A stretch of DNA of 64,000 bases from Mobula hypostoma (taxonomy: Eukaryota). Within the stretch, counting starts at the first letter, position 1. Every line of letters begins with the position of its first letter. Positions 63,201 through 64,000 of the stretch are shown here, one piece after another. The stretch is taken from contig NC_086097.1 of the NCBI RefSeq assembly GCF_963921235.1, positions 161,946,001-162,010,000 on the forward strand, given 5' to 3'. The notes below the pieces were generated by a model. It worked only from the letters and a program-made list of their open reading frames with translations. It ran no database searches and had not been told where the DNA came from. The position numbers were made by a program, and so were the translations under genes.

Positions 63201-64000
63201 TGTGCTGGAGTAGCCATTGGGAAGTGACACTCAAAATTCTAATTTAATTATATAAAACCAAATGTAAAGCTTTCAGTGTTTCAGTAGATTTTAGAAAATC
63301 TACAGAAGTAATTAGTTATTAACAAACATTTAGTCCATAGAGCCTTGGAGACATAGACGGATCTAACCAGAGTATGCATTCATAAAGTTGCTTTAGAAAA
63401 CAGAAGAGCCTGAGCAATGGTTTCAGTTCATTACTGGTCAATGGTTTTGTGTATTTGGGTCATATCACTTGCCATAATTTGAACTCATTTAAACTGAATT
63501 TGATCTAGTGTAGCTACAGTAACTGGAAACCAATGTGAGTTAGTGGTTTGTCAGACACAACTACAGTCCATCAATGATAAATTAATCAATAATCTGTGTG
63601 TATGTGTACGTCTTTGAACCTGTTTGTGAATCATGTGAAAAATGCCCCATTAAGGGTTTAATTAATTAAAGTTTCTGTGATCAGTATTGAAATTTTTATA
63701 ACTTTTTTTATTCTTGTGTACACAATTCTGAAAGAACGCCAGGGTGTTTCCTTTTGGTGAACGATAATGATTACCAGAGTGTTATATGCTTTATTTTTTC
63801 TCTCAAGCTTTTTCAACTGAACTGATTATTTGGTTCATATATTGTTGCTCTTTGAGAGAGCTACCTATGGGAAAATAGCAGGCAAAGTGCTTCAGAGTAT
63901 TCCAAAGCAATGAAAGATGGAGAATGCCTTTCTTTAAAACATTGATACTTTGCTTGGAGCGCCATCTCTTGGAATGTTTTATTTATGGTGATCAAAGAAG

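Noticed and set aside
1..64000. CRISPR arrays, retrons, operons or other prokaryotic systems suggested by the RT and nuclease ORFs
   Set aside because: Spliced vertebrate gene context, no regular repeat-spacer array, and all RT and nuclease ORFs belong to eukaryotic retrotransposons
54880..64000. Next PTK2 exon (PTHLADF...)
   Set aside because: No matching coding segment found by eye; it probably lies beyond the window

Overview
Eukaryotic, repeat-rich vertebrate genomic DNA, not prokaryotic. The repeat landscape (many CR1, Rex1/Babar and Penelope-like copies, tRNA-derived SINEs, Tc1/Tigger/hAT) suggests a cartilaginous fish, probably a ray; this is inference. The whole window lies inside the PTK2 (focal adhesion kinase) gene on the + strand. 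Seven consecutive FERM-domain coding exons (167, 88, 80, 63, 55, 141, 78 bp) have canonical AG/GT sites and splice into one open frame; the ORF track misses almost all of them. The introns are filled with decayed and nested transposons. The most notable hidden structure is a Penelope-like (GIY-YIG) family whose 3' repeat carries a minimal hammerhead ribozyme motif (CUGANGA...GAAA-C-GUC). It occurs in at least 8 copies: one has an intact core on the PTK2 sense strand and is paired with its own inverted copy in a ~465-bp foldback, and another insertion forms a ~53-bp intronic hairpin. Two DNA-transposon segments closely resemble the mammalian MER2 and MER1/Charlie3 consensus sequences as I recall them, making them horizontal-transfer candidates that need a database check. 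Repeat boundaries without TIR or TSD support are approximate.
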